A stretch of 64,000 nucleotides of DNA from Lama guanicoe (GCA_013239625.1 MU054323.1:8173220-8237219); one strand, 5' to 3'. Numbered from the stretch's first letter, positions 11,271 to 25,025 are shown. Made by a program: numbers and translations. The notes: generated by a model from the sequence alone, not told the origin.

Positions 11271-14200
11271 GTGCCCTGTGTGCAGCCTAGCAGTGCAGAT
11301 AGAGTCGGAATTCATTATTCAGCAGCCGCTAGCTCCCAGATAAAGCCCTGCCCAGCTTCAGGTGTCTTCTCGCAGCTCCTGGAGCAGAGCTGCTTGTCCA
11401 CCCCTCAACCAGGGCTCTGCTGCACCTGCCCCGCCAGGCAAGCTCTTCTGCCCCCAGGAGCTGGCAGATGGGAGTGGGCATGAGCGTGGTGGGGGGGGTG
11501 TGGGGCCCGACCCCCCTCCCCTGGGGGAGAAGGAACTATGTGCACAGGAAGCTGGGCTTTTGCACTCGAGTGTGTGGGTGATCCATGCCACCTCCCCCTC
11601 CCCCGTCAAGTTGGCCAGCAGGGCTGCTGGTGCCCACAAGGCTCAGGGGCCTGGATGGGGCAGGCTTGGCTGCTCTGGATGGGTCACACTGTGCTGCAAA
11701 AAAATCCCAACCTAAGCCCCCTAGATGGAAAAGCAGCATCACCAGACAGCAAGGCTGTGCCTGGTGGCCGGTCCTTGAGAAACAGAAGCCCCAAGAGGGA
11801 AAAGGAACGTACTTCCCTATATGCTCTCATGGAGACTGTGCCCACAAGAGGTCCTGACCTCTGGGGTCTGGGAGGATGGAGTGATGCTTGAGGGGTGCTT
11901 AGGAGCCAGGCTAAGCGTGACTGGAGATGTCTGACTGCCAATGCCTCAAAGGCTTATGTTTTAAGGGCAGTTCTCCTAGTCCAGGGCACTAACTCAGCCC
12001 AATCCTAGGGACTGGGGTTGAAGAAGGCTGAGGGTGGTGGGATGTGTTGGAGCAGATCTGTCCGCTGTGAGGGGTGGGAGAATGGATGTCTGCGGCAGAA
12101 TTTCCAAGAACCAAAGGAGAACCACCCCTCCTTTCTCCCAGCAGCATATCCCAAGGGACTCATGTGGAAGGGAGCCTAGGGGCTTGGATCCCAAGCCTGG
12201 AGCCTCTGCACCCTTGCTCTTGCTATTTGCTCTGCTCAGACTGCCCCTACCCCATCCCTCCCTTCTCATCCAGCTTGACTGGTGCCTATTCCTGGGAGTG
12301 CTCTGTACCAGCCCCACACCCTGGCTGGGTCCTGTCCTCATTTGTGCTGCCCCAGCTCCTCGCCCCACTCTCCCTCACTGCTTCATTGGGCTGCTCCACT
12401 TACCTCCTTCCCACCCTGACTGGGATACCCAGGAGCGCTGCATCTTTGCGTCCCCAGAGCCTGGCACGGTCTCCTGTGGCTAGTAGAATATCCAATGAAT
12501 GTTGACAGGATAAAAGAGTGCGTTTAGTGACCTATCTGAACAGAGTCTAAAGATTAAGAAAAAAAGGAATATTAAATTTTTACAGCGTGCCAACAAGGGG
12601 TTTCTCCCTTTGAATTTTACGGTCTAAGTGAACTGCAGGATTAATAGACCTGAGGGCCTCCATCCTTCCTTCTAGATGTTTCCTTGCTACCCTGCCCTAT
12701 TCTTTTTCTTTTTACATTCTACCGCCTTCTCTCTCTTTCCTTCCTCAATTCCTTTGCCTTTTCCACTTTTATCTAGCCTTATTGGATCGAAGGATATTTT
12801 AGACTATTGTATTTATGCAATACAAGTGAATGTTTAATTTTTAAAAACAGGTGCTTAATGTCTCCTTTTTTAAGAATGAAATTCACTAGCGTGTTCCAGT
12901 TGTAAGGTCATCAGGTGATCCTTGTAAGGCTTGGTGGTACTTTACAGGGAAAAAAAATCCATCTCCTCCCTAGGCCCTGTAGAGGTTCTCTCAGGAAGAG
13001 GGTGAGCGTCATCAGGCTTCCTGCGGACATGTGCATCTTTAGGAAAAAGCCCCTGAACTTGCCCTGAGGAAGGCCTGGAACTTTGCTGAACCTCAGTTAC
13101 CTTATCTATAAAGATGTAGCAATTCCACCCTGCCGACACAGAGCACCCCTTAGCTGAGCTGCTGACCCTATGGAACCTGAACCAGAGCCCACTTTTTCAT
13201 TTCCACTCTCCTGACTACTAGCCATTTCAGCAACTCAGTATAAAAGTTATGCAATGAGCGGGTACTGAAGTCCTTCTAGCACCAGGTGCTGGGGCCCCAG
13301 GGATGAGTATGACACAGCACTAGAGCTGGAGCAGAAGATACAAAGGGACTAGAACACAGACATAGAGAGCCCAGGGTGAAGGGTCTGTGGGCAGAGTCAG
13401 CTTGGAAGCCATGAATGGGGGGAAGGGAGTGGGCACTGGATCTTGTCTAGGGGAGGTGTTAGGACCACCTTCCTGGAGTATGGTACCCCTGAACTGAACT
13501 AAAACTGTTCTTTTACAACTTTTATTGTAGTTGTTCTTACTGGAGCCCACGTTCAACATAGAGAATCTGGAAGTCCACAGGGGTGGCTGCATTTTGAAGG
13601 ATGGGTGAGTCCTTCCACCTGGTTTGCAACCGCTCATTCCCTTGCAACTCCTTTTCCTCCCTGGGGCCTCAGTTTTCCTATTCTTGCACCTCTTGGAAGC
13701 CTGTGTCTCCCTCAGTCCCATTATTTTCTGTCAGAGAGAGCCTTTTGAGAATTCTGGTTGCAACAGCATACTGGGAGCTCATTAGCATCTGTGGTCTCCA
13801 TCAGCTGCTGCTGACAAACTGTGAAGATAACGTCTCTCTAAGACTGGGAAGGACAAGGCTAAACTGCAGACGTGCTGGTGGACCCCAGGACCGCTGCAGG
13901 GGGGGCTAGGGAGTAGATGGCGGGGCAAGACACAAAGAACATGGGACTTGGAGGCTGTCACCATACCCTTACCCTCGCACCCCCAGTTAAAGACCTCAAG
14001 CCCTGCCCTGTCCTGCATATGCCCCAAGGCCATGTGAGGGTCACTGGAGAAATCCGGATGTGGGGGGCACCAGTACAGGAGGGAGGCATTACAACAAAGA
14101 AGCCTCACCTGGGCCAGTTTGCTCTCTGAGGCAAACACCCAGGCCTAGAGTCACAGGAAGGACTGAACTGTAACCCCGACAATTGTAAATCGCACACCAG

Positions 14201-14845
14201 ACATTTTCGCGACTGGCTTTTTGCCACTTACTTATGAACCACATTTGTGGAAGTAGTTTATGAGAGTCGAGAAGAGGTGAGAAGACAGTTCCTAGGGAGA
14301 GAGGAGAGACTAAGGAGAAAAATGTCTCTCAGTACACACACACACACACTTCGGTGCTTCCTGGCAAACATGCAAAGCGGTACACATGGCCAAGCCCCCT
14401 CCCGGAAGCCCCGCGGAACTGGGGCACAGCGGGCACCGCTGGCCAGCAATGGCTCTTGAGGGCCCTGCAGCCACTCCGGCGTTGGAGCTGAGCTGCGCTG
14501 GGGCCACTGCTTTGTGTGCCGCCTGCAAAGCCAGGGCGTCCCAAGCCAGGTCACCGTGAGTCCTGCAGCTGACAGAAGGACACTTAGAGTGCATCCGCCC
14601 GGGACTCCCCCACCGTTTCCACATCCGTCCCTCATCCCAGCATCAACAATTTGGGCCAGCAGTGAAGCTCTGAGATGCGCCCAATGATGCGAAAGTGGAG
14701 GCTTGAGTAGGAGCAGCGATTTGTGGGTTCACACAGGAGAGCAGGTGGAGATGGGGGCATCTTCTGGGCGCGCCCCACGGTGCTGCTCCAGTAAGGGAAC
14801 AGCGAGGGGGAGAGTGGTCCAGGAACGCCCCCCCCCGCCCCGGGC

Positions 14846-14873
14846 GTTGCCAGGCTCACGGTTGCCTGGTGAC
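14846..14873. promoter_or_regulatory. Tandem RFX X-box-like motifs
   Basis: GTTGCCAGGCTCAC (14846-14859) and GTTGCCTGGTGAC (14861-14873) resemble GTTGCC-N(0-3)-RGYAAC and lie 60-90 nt before the ATG of a ciliary gene. Confidence 0.7.
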
Positions 14874-14934
14874 CCGGGCTATTGACCGTGGTGTAGGAGC
14901 ACCCTGGGCTCGCTGCGCGCTCCCTGCCGCCACC

Positions 14935-15008
14935 ATGGCCTCCCGCAGCGCAGGCACCCTACTGACCGAGTTCAATGCCGCCTACGCGCCTCCTGGCCTC
15001 ATGCCCGG
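14935..15008 (+). CDS. CIMIP2C: Ciliary microtubule inner protein 2C (FAM166C/C2orf70) exon 1
   Basis: Perfect Kozak GCCGCCACCATGG. Translates MASRSAGTLLTEFNAAYAPPGLMP(G). 74 nt, donor GG|GTAAGA. Confidence 0.95.
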
Positions 15009-18000
15009 GTAAGACCTCCGAATACTAGACCCCGCCCGAGCCTGGGGGTCAGAGCCCCTGGGGACGTCTTCTCTCCTCCCTCCGCAACCCCCCACCCCGC
15101 CTCCAGCCTCGCCTCGAAAACTCTACCCCTGCGCCTTGGGGGTTGAAGGGCCCGGGCGCCAAGTTTTCACCCGACCACCTAGGTGGCCTTCTCGGGGTGG
15201 GGCGGTTTGCGCTCTCTCAGCCGGCAGTGGCTGGGCGCGGCGGGGAGCTCCAGATCCCCTTCAGTAGGAAGTGGGTCCCTAGCGAGTGAGGAGCACCCCA
15301 GCTCGGGGTAACAGTGAGTGGGGTCCGGGTCGGGAGGAGAAGGGGGCGACTGCCTGTGGGATTGGTGTCTGGAGACACCGAGCAGGAACAAGAGGTTTTG
15401 GAGTCCCCGAGAAAGGAGCGGGCTCTTCGGCCTCCAGCACAGTGCGGGGCACCCAGGATTCCGGCAACATTAGTATCTGTTGGTTGAAGGAGCGAAGGAG
15501 ATGGGTTGGGCGCCCGGGGCGGGCAGGGCTCGAAGAATCTGACAAGGCAAGACCGGCAGTAACATTTAGTGGTGCGCACTCTCCACCGACCTAATGGTCG
15601 GTTCTCCCACTGATCTCACTTAATCCTCGCAGAACCGCTGTCTTTGAAAGCCTCCCAGCTGGGAGATCTGCCCTGTCTTTAGCATTTTTGGATGAAGGGC
15701 CAAGCCTACCTTCCGTTTCTCTGGATTTTTTCACACTCCGAACATCTAAGATGCAAGTCTGATTGTTTCTTTCCATTCTTTGGCCCTTTCTTTCAAAGTA
15801 TCTGAGATTTCCACTCTTAACCTCTTCCTCCAGGGTGTAAATTGTCTTCTCTCTCCTACGTAAAATCAATGTCTGCACTGAGGGCAGGGGCTGGATTCTG
15901 AGATACCAGCAAAGTATCAGCACATTTGTATAGAGTGAATGAATGAATGAATGAATGAAGTTAATATCTTGAGAGTTTTGCAGGCAGGATCTCCATGTGG
16001 TTGAAAAAAACACATGCTCTCTTCTGCAAACTAAACAGACTGTGAAACGAAGAAAAGGTCTCACACTATATTTTATATGACATTTGGATCATCTTGCAGA
16101 ATAAGCATGACATTGCGGGGCTGTGATATTAAAATTATTTCTGCACACAGAGGGAATGCAGTAAATAGGGGCAGGTGCTGTAGTTTTAGTCCAGCCCATT
16201 TGTGGACAGGGCCTTTCTTTGGATCTGGGAGAGTTTGAAAGCTACTTTGGCCACATCAGACAAAGCTGATTTACCAGGTCACAGTTGTTTCCTGAAGTCA
16301 AGCCAGGTGTGTTAGGAAAGGACGGAAGACTTCCCTATTAATTCTTTCAATCGTTTAGGCATTCCTTTGATAAAGATGTGTTGAGTGCTTGGGATGTGCC
16401 AGATGTTGGGTTAAGGCAAACAAGTTGGGGGCTTCCCCCCAGGGGTTCCCAGTCTGGTCTAAATACATAAGGTTTAGCTCAAAGCCATTTTTGCAGCTGT
16501 AGATAGTGGTGTTAACACCATATTATGGGTGTTTATCATGAGGTTTGATTTTATACATTGATGTATTTTTTCTTAAGCCCCCCACAGTCTCCAACTGGAA
16601 CCTAACCCTCCCCCTCACAGTTCCCCAACTCTGTCTGGGGTTGTGGGGGTGGGAAGCTGCGAGTTTCAGAAGCAATCCCAGGATGCTTCTCTAGCTACAC
16701 CGCCTGTCTGCAGTTCCCTTGAGCGCCCTGTCCTGTGACTGCTCTAGAAATTGTGGCAACAAGTGAATCGTAAATAAGGCTCCAAGCGTAGATGGTCTAG
16801 TTTGAGCAGCTGAGCCTGTACGTGCTGCTTTTTCGGCTGGATCTTTCTGGGAGGGATATGCTCTCCCTAAAGATGCTTTTCAACAAGGAATGAATTGAGT
16901 TGTCTCATGTGTCTAAATGCTACCTCATTGGCAATTTTGTTAACGTACTGAAAGAATCCAAGATTCCTCACCACACTTGGATAATTATTATTTCTGAATG
17001 TTTTTTCAAACATTAATCACAGGATTTTCAGTGCAGCCAGTCTCTTCTGACATTCAAATCATCCCCCTTACCAGTTGTATTCAGAGAGGCAGAGAATATT
17101 TACAGTGTCAAGGACCTCGGGAATCATGTAGTCCAGCCCTTCCCATCCCTTTCCAGATGCGGTCACTAAGGTCTGTGGGGAACTTGCCTAAGCTCCAGGC
17201 TGGTGAAGGAAGAGCTGGGCTGGAACCAGATCCCTGATGCCCTGTAGTAGCACCGTGAACCCCCGTGTATAAGCATCTACTATGTGCGAGGCACTGTGTT
17301 GGGCTTTTTACAAATTTAAAAACAAACAAACAGCAACAGCAACAACAAAACCCTTTACAACAACCCAGATGAGAAATTGCCCAAAGTCATTCATCAAGTC
17401 ACCCAGCCAGGTCTCTGTGACTTCAGCACCCCTCCTCTTTTCAATCCCTCCAACTGTTAGCTATTATCATTAGTTGGACCCCTACGGTGTTCAAGGTCTG
17501 ATTCTAGCACCAAGGGGGACAGGATGCTGGCCTTCAGACTAGTTGGCTAGGATGCGCCATTTGGTCTTTTGCTGCTCTGGGCAGCACCGCCTTCAGACAC
17601 TTTGCCACTGTCTGGCCTGTGTGCCATCCCTGCAGTGAGCAGGGAACTCCTGGGATGGTAAGGCTTCTTAAGGGATGCGACTGGCTTCAGTGATACTCTG
17701 TGCTCCCTGCTAGAGGCACAGGTTCAGGTGGTACCCACCCCCTTGCTCTCTGCCTCCCATCACACCTCACCAGGTTCCCAGTCCAAACACTCGACCTGCC
17801 CTTGTGCATTCATTTATACCCAGACTGCTGCTGCCCCCAGTGCCTGCAGCTCCCTGCAGTGGCTCTCAGCAGGAATGAGTGTGACGGGCTTCTACCCCAG
17901 TGCCTCCCTCCATCTGTCCGGAGTGACAGCTGTGCCCATGTCTGACACTAAGCCTGGCCTGGGCCTCGGGGGCCTCAAGAACCTCGTATCAGTGCATTTC

Positions 18001-18082
18001 ATACTTGCCATTGTTAAAGGGTGGTCCCACGAGGTGGCCTTGTCCCCTCCCCCAGAATCCTCATACAACAGATCTGCACACT

Positions 18083-18270
18083 CAGTGGTGTGCTGGTAAA
18101 TGTTTAACAACCAGCTCTCTGGAGGGAAAAAAACCTTGATTTGTAGCATTCACCCATTATCTGTGGCAAAACTACTCCTGCTGTAGTCGATTTCAAGCTA
18201 TCAACCTGGCGTCACAACGCGGAGCTGGGAAGAGATGGGTTGCCGCTCACCACAGTACAGTAATTCCAAC
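18083..18270 (-). mobile_element. MER63-like hAT-Blackjack non-autonomous DNA transposon fragment
   Basis: Begins CAGTGGTGTGCTGGTAAATGTTTAACAACC and contains TTTCAAGCTA...GGGAAGAGATG, both recalled from MER63. Confidence 0.75.
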
Positions 18271-18919
18271 AGATCACCTCTCAGGGTGAGAGACGGGCCA
18301 GTACATCCTGGGGTACAAAACAAAGACCACCTTCCCAGGAGGATATAGGAGAGTCCATGTGCCCAGATAGGTAACTGACGCACTCACACAACCCTGAGGA
18401 ACTGGGGACCCTTCCTAAGAACAGGAAATCGGAGGCCCTGGACACCTGGGCTTTGTAACAGGGACCATCCTTCTATCCAGAATAATCATCAGCCCTTAGA
18501 AGTGTGTCCCCATGTGTCAGCTCAATTCAGCAAATATTTCCAGAACAGGTACTGAGTGCCAGGAATGCCAGGGATGTAAGTATGAGTAGAAGACAGCCCT
18601 CTATCCCCACGAGCTTATAATTCAGAAAGGAAGAACATACTGCCCAGGTAATGACAACACAGTAGAATGTGAACTGAGAGCTGAGAGGCACAGAGAGTGA
18701 AGACGGTTCACTGGAGCGGACGCGCTTGGTCAGAAGAGGCTGATGGGAAAGGAGGTAGATGAAATCTACCTTGAAGGATGGGTAAGATCACAACGTGGGG
18801 AGAGGAGGAAACATCTTTTGGATGGAGGGGATGACCCGGGGAAAGTCATGGGGTGCAGGTACCAACAGGATATGCTTCTAAAGCAGCACATGGCCTATTT
18901 GGCTGGAGGGCACAGCTGG

Positions 18920-19553
18920 TGTTACCGAATCAGACTTGGGTCCGCTCGGCCACATACAGTAAAGCCAGCCTACTGACACCATGTTGTGATGAAGGAAATT
19001 GCAGCGTTTATTGCAGGGCACCAAGCAAGGAGTCTGGGAAGCTAGTGCCCAAAAGATCCAAACTCTCCAAAGGCTTTCAGGGAAAGGTTTTTATAGACGG
19101 GGGGTGGGGGGTGTTGTGGGGGTCATGACGGCTCATGGACATTCTCCTGATTGGTTGGTGGTGAGGCCATCGGGAGTCAACCTCATCAGCCTTCCGCTCC
19201 AGCTGGTCAGGTTCTTCATGCTTGTGGGCAGCACACAGTTCACTTCTTCTACCTGGCAGGGGTTTCAGTATCTGCAAAACAGCTCAAAGGACATGGCTCA
19301 GAATATTATCTATAGTTCTTGAAGAGGAACTATAGGACCTTGGCTTTGTTTAATGGCTAAACTATTATTAATTTGTCTTGCTTGACTGTTTTCCTTTCTT
19401 TCTGCATTTTCTCACTTCCTGGATTAAATTTATTCTTCGGAACTCAGGGAAAGGCCTCGGAGGCTAAAGTTCTTCTACTGATGAGAGGCAGGCAGAAGAC
19501 ACGGTGGGGAGGTTCCATCCCGGAAAGGCCCCATCAGGTCCTGCTCGGTTACT
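18920..19553 (-). mobile_element. Solo LTR, ERV1-class-like
   Basis: Termini TGTTACCGA...TCGGTTACT form an imperfect inverted repeat. 4-bp TSD CTGG at 18916-18919 and 19554-19557. AATAAA on minus at 19007-19012. Confidence 0.82.
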
Positions 19554-20539
19554 CTGGGATATGACAGAGGTTGGTAAGACTGGAAAGCAGGGCTTCACAC
19601 CAAGAAGGACCTTGAGCGCCTGGCCTAATTTGTTCTTAATTTCACGGGCAATGGGGACCCCTTGAAAGTTTGTGCCCAGGGGAGAGATCTGATCTGAACC
19701 GTACTCAGCAGGAAGTGTGTGGAGAAGAGGGACTTGCGGAATGAGGACATGCTGAATAGTAGCAAGTTAATTAGTTAATAAGTCGCTCATGGGATCCCTG
19801 ATGGAGCACAGTAATTAATTCGAATGTTGGCTGTGGGGCCAAGCAGTGCTATTAAGAAGCAGGAAGGGAGGGCTCCCTGTGTGCACAGTAACCACAGTGG
19901 ACTTCTGCCGTGGGCCAGGCTGAGCGCCGTCTCCAAGCTTGTGTGGTGTGCAGGCTGGGGAGGGGCAGGGATGGGTGAAGGGGTCAAGGAGGAGGTGTGG
20001 CAGGCGTGGTCAGGACCATCCGATGCCCCGTTGTGAAACCTGTCGTTCCCCTGTTCTCTCTACCTTGGCTGGCCCCATGCCCAGAGAAAACAGGGCTCTA
20101 CCATGGAACTGCACAAGTCATGCTCACAGCTCACAGATGCAAGTGCGTCCGGGGACATAGACTTACTAGCCAAGGCTGTCTGCCTAGTGCTGAATAAACA
20201 TGACCACGTGCATGTGTGTGTGCACACACGCACCCCACCCGGAGCAGCAGGTGCTGAGTGGAATTCAGATCCAGGCAGAACCTTTGGAGGATTGCGGAGG
20301 ACAGGGCTTCTCTTCTATTGGGATGCAAATATCTTGGCATTCAGAGAAGGCGGGAAAGCAGGGAGCAGAGGAGGAGTGTGGCAGAGAGCCTGGGGGTGGC
20401 AAAAAGGATCACGAGGAAACGGGCACATTTCTATAGCTCCTTTGTTTGAGGTGCGCCCGCCCCTGTGGGTGGGACGCTCTGTGCCGGTGCGTGCTCTGCA
20501 GATGGGAGCCATGGTTCCAGGACATGGTGCCCCTGGGCT

Positions 20540-21500
20540 CCTGGACTTCTGCTTCCTCCAGTGAACATTTATGGTGCACTTGTTGTGTGTCGGGGGTGTG
20601 TAGGTGCTGCGGATAAAGGAGAACACATACTAGCAGAGGAGAGGAGCTAATATGGATCTGGGTATGGATGAAGGATCATAATCCTACTGTAAGGAGGTGA
20701 TGCTGGGTAGAGGGTGTGTGGTCAGGGAAGACAACAGAGAGCCTGGCTCTGTGAGTGAGGGTGGGACGCCCCACGGGGCAGGAGGAGATGCAGACTTCTG
20801 GGTAGAGGAAATGTGTGTGAAGACTTGGAGAGCACGTGGGGCCCCAGAGATGTGAGTAGCACTTCTGGGGCATGGGGCGCCTGCGGGGAAGTGAAAAGAG
20901 AGGTGAGCCGTGGTGGTCTGGTGATGAAAGATCGCTCTGGCGTTAGTGTGGATGACAGGCTGCAGGGGGTGACACTTGGTCTATGGGTCTAGCTAGGAGA
21001 TGCGAGGCTGACCAGATGAGCAAAGAGAAGGACCTGCAGCTGTGAGACAGGGGAGAGCAGTGGAAAAGTCACTAAGCAGGGAGCAAAGGCAGGACTTAGG
21101 GAGAAGCTGGATGTGGCGGTTGGCAGGGTGATGCTGAGTTTCTGGTGGATTCTGGTAGATGGGGATGGCGTTACCCAGGGCAGGGAAATCCAGAATGAGG
21201 AGCAGGCTCATTTCTATCGTGCTGAATCTGGTGCCTGGGCATGCCCCGTGTGGACAGCTGGGTGAGTGGGTCTGTAGCGGGGAGAAGGGGTGGGGTTGGA
21301 GGCACAGATCTGGGTGTCCAGTGTTGGAAGTCTAACATGCATGAGCTCTTCCAGGGGGTGTGGTCCCCTGAAGAGAGAAGAGGACTCTGGGGAACACTAG
21401 CACCCAGAAGAGGAGCAGGGGTTCTTCTCAATACCTCCCCCAAGGGACACCCCTTTATGGAGCTCCACCAAAAGTCCCTCCTGACCCTCCATGGGAATGG
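20540..21500 (-). mobile_element. Degenerate L2 fragment
   Basis: Purine-rich reverse-L2 pattern beginning GAACATTTATGGTGCACTTGTTGTGTGTCGGG. Boundaries approximate. Confidence 0.55.
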
Positions 21501-23799
21501 CCTTCCCTCCTGGCGTTTAATAGCATGAGAGCCTGGGCCACCAGTGCACACACACCGTGACTCAAACACTGAAGGAGGGGCAGGCTCGAGGAAGCAGCGC
21601 TGAGCGATTTGTATTCCTGACAGCACACATCAAGCCAGCACACAGTAGGTTCCCAATAAAGTAGCTCCTAATGCCATCTGACTCTCTAAAAAAATATTAC
21701 ATGTGCAAAGAAGGGAGCAACAAATCACCCCAAATCCAAGCACCCAGAATGAGCCTAAACCTCATTTTTGGTTTCTTTTTAGGTGTCTATTCAGATAGAA
21801 GACTAGATGGATGGGTGAATGGATCGATGGACAGAAAGATAGACAAAACAATTTTATAAAAATATGATCATACCATGTTTACTATTTTAAAATGAAAAGC
21901 ATGAAATTTAATCCTACTCAAACCTAACTGAAGAGAAAGATACTGAAGCAGAACAGAAAAAGAGCTAGACTCTAGATAAATGCTAATTCATCACAAGACG
22001 TCTTAGCTTCTAAAAGGCCTCTCTGACAGAGAGGGAGAGGAAGAGAGAATTAAAACTATTAAGGGGTTAGAGTAATTATTCTGTTATTTTTACCAAAGTG
22101 TTTCAATTTTAGATGCCAGGGGTTGACTCTGCTTTAGAAATTCTAAGTGCACTTCCAGCTCCCCCTCCACCCACCCCCCAATTTTTGCTGCTTAAATTAC
22201 TTTTTCCTTTGACAGGTTTTATAACATTTGCATTCTTTTCTGCAACCAGCCTTCACCTAGTAGCTATTCCAACTTCTGCACTTAAATAGCTGTGAAGATG
22301 TTCTACATGACTGGTAGTTTTTTCTTTTGATCGTCTCTTAGCTGGCAGGATTTCATCACTGAACACTGCTTTCAAGAACGGCTTTGGGCCCTTTATTTCC
22401 TGAGTTCTTTGGTGCAGCTGCCTTTATACCTGAATGACCACACTGGCTGGTCCAATGTTCTTGGGTCATGCATGCTCTTTTCCCTGCAGAATGTTCTAGG
22501 CCATCTTTCTTTAGTTTTCCCTCTGTCACGTCATTATCTCTGTTGGGGTTTGACAACACCTGGTGACCAGCACCTGTTTCATTTCCTGTGTTCTGAACCA
22601 CTTGAGAAGTGAGATAAAAGAAGGCAAGTGGTCTTGGAGAATGGCGCTGACGTTGAAACCCCGAAGGAGCCACCAGAGCTGGGCTGGGGCGGGCTTTCCC
22701 CTCGAAGGGCAGAGTGTGTCCCCTCAGAACAGGATGTGGAGGAGCAGGGTGGGCTTCCTTGCTTCCAAGCAAAAGGGAGGGAAGAGTGGGCTTCACCTCA
22801 CCAGGCAGATGGTCCTCCACCATCAATGTGGACGAGCACGTGGGGGCTGGAGACACTTGGAGGGACCGCCCCCAGCGTGGAAGGACTCGTTGGGAGGAAG
22901 GAAGAAGCACCCTCACCGCTTGTCTTTGACTTGCGATGACTGAACTGACCGTCTCATTACATTTCATACACAGCACCAACTCCCAGGGGCCCTGCTTCTA
23001 CCACTTCCGTTACGTTTCTTCCTCAGTGTGAATGTTACAGAGACAGTGGGGGTCAAGGACATTGGATTTGGCAACTGGATGATCTTATATGACCTTAATG
23101 AGAAAGCACCAGCCCACACTTAAGTGATGGGTCAGAAGTCAGACAGAGGGAAGTCCAGGAAAGCGTAGGAGTAGAAGAAGCGAAGGCAGGAAGTACAGAG
23201 GATTCCCTGGAGACATTCAGAAATAAAGGAAGAGAAAGGGTAGTGGATAAGAAAGCAGCAAGGCCCCGTTTGGATTTGGGAATCAAGGAAAGGTGTTGCA
23301 TGTTTGCAGGCAGAAGGGAAGACGCTAAAGGGGAGGTGAGATCACAGACGGGTAGCAGGAGGGACGGAAGCTGAGAGAAATGGGGAGGAATGGGTTGGGG
23401 GAGTGAGTGAGACCTTGGCAAGGCAGGAGGAGGGATCTCCAGACCAGGGCAGGGACAAGCCATGGCAAAGAGGAGGGCTCCATCCTGGAAGTGGCCAAGG
23501 TGACCCCACGGGCTCACAGGCACTCACCAACCCCACATCTTTCCAGGGCAGGAAATGTGGCCACCAGCAAGGAATGCAGGAAGGGCACTGAGGCAGGAGG
23601 GAGGGGGTTAGGACCACCAGGGTCATAGAATTCAGGGCAGACAGAGACCAAGGAATGAGAGAGGAGAGGCTGGAGAAAGACCCTAGTGCAGTGGAGGGTC
23701 TCTCCCCGCCGCCGCCCACTCTGCAGCCCCATTGCTCACCACTCTGGCCCCTGGGCAGCCTTGGATGCTGCAGGATTCCAGGGGTCTGGAATGTGGAGG

Positions 23800-24180
23800 T
23801 GGGGGATAAGGCCCAGGGACATTTAATGTGCACTGTTTACAGGAGTTTGAAGCTTGGAGGGAACTTCTAGGCTGGAGATGTAGATCGAGGCTCATCCACA
23901 CACAGGTGAAGTTTAAGGCCACCGCCTGGATGCCATCACCAGGGAGAACAGGTGGGCCCAGGACAGACCCCAGAGGGAGTGGGCTGATAGGGGGCATCAG
24001 GAGGAGACTGAGAAGGAAAGGCCAGAGGTATGGGTGAGAACCAACAGAAAATAAGGAGCAGAGAGTGGTATTTCAGGATGAGAGAGATGAACAGTGCCCA
24101 CCGCTGCAGAGAGGCCACTGGCGACCTCGTGGCAACCCGGGGGCAGGGCCAGGTTTCAGAGGCTGGGGAGCCCACGGAGG
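23800..24180 (-). mobile_element. Degenerate L2 fragment
   Basis: GGCTGGAGATGTAGAT...GTTTAAGGCC...GGATGCCATCACCAGGGAGA, a reverse-L2 pattern. Confidence 0.55.
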
Positions 24181-25025
24181 CTGTGCTGACGGCGGAGCTT
24201 CCATCTCCTGCTGTTTGTCCAAAGTCTGGTGCCCGAGCTCTTTGATGTCACCAACGCTCCCCTCCCCTCCTCTTCCCTCCCTCTGCCGACACAAGTCTTG
24301 GTTCTCTCTGCGTGAACCTTATAACTGGGGGTCTTGAGAGCACGTGTTGGCTGTGCTGTGTGTCCCGGGGTCTGCGCTCGCCCTGCTGCTGGCCCTCTCA
24401 CCAGCCCCTTCCCTGGTTGCAGAGGGTGATGGAGCTCCTTATAAAGCGCTCACAGCTCCAGAGCCCTGGGCGAGCTCTCCAGGCTTGTTGGGCAGCGCCT
24501 TGGGAGGCCGTCTTGCTGAGAGCGGGGCTGCGGCACTCTGAACCCAGGGCTTGGCCACACCAGAGCTGACACTCATCATGTGTCACTGTGTCCCCTGCCC
24601 TTTCATGAGGTCATCACAGAATGTCAGAGCTGCAGGAGGTCCCTGTATCCTCAGGCCAGCCCCTCAGTCAATGGAGGGCCAGTGAGGGACAGTGATTTGC
24701 CTACAGCTCGCTGAGGGGGTCAGGACTGGCACCCAGGTGTCCTGGTCCCTAGGTGTCCTGTTCCCTGTGTGAGCGCCTGGGCTGGGAGGTGATGTCGTAG
24801 AGGTCTGGGCAGAGACCTCTGTGGGGAGGCAGAGGACCAGGTCTCTGGCACTTGTCCTCCCCAGAGACTTGAGCTGGGCAGTGCACCTTAGGAAGCTTCT
24901 TGAGGCCCAGAGATGACCAGTGGGGCCCCCTGATGTCACCCCTAGTCTTTAAGGTCCTGTCTTGGAACTGGAACCAGCCTGGAGCCCTCCACCCATGTCT
25001 CCCTCCCCCAACCCTGCTCTCCCAG

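Larger units (their letters stand above)
14350..15640. promoter_or_regulatory. CIMIP2C: CpG island / promoter of CIMIP2C
   Basis: Visibly CpG-dense relative to the flanks and spans exon 1. CCAAT at 14681, GC box near 14828-14841. Boundaries approximate. Confidence 0.8.

Noticed and set aside
22356..22979. 207-aa minus-strand ORF
   Set aside because: Non-ATG start, no motif, intronic. Consistent with chance.
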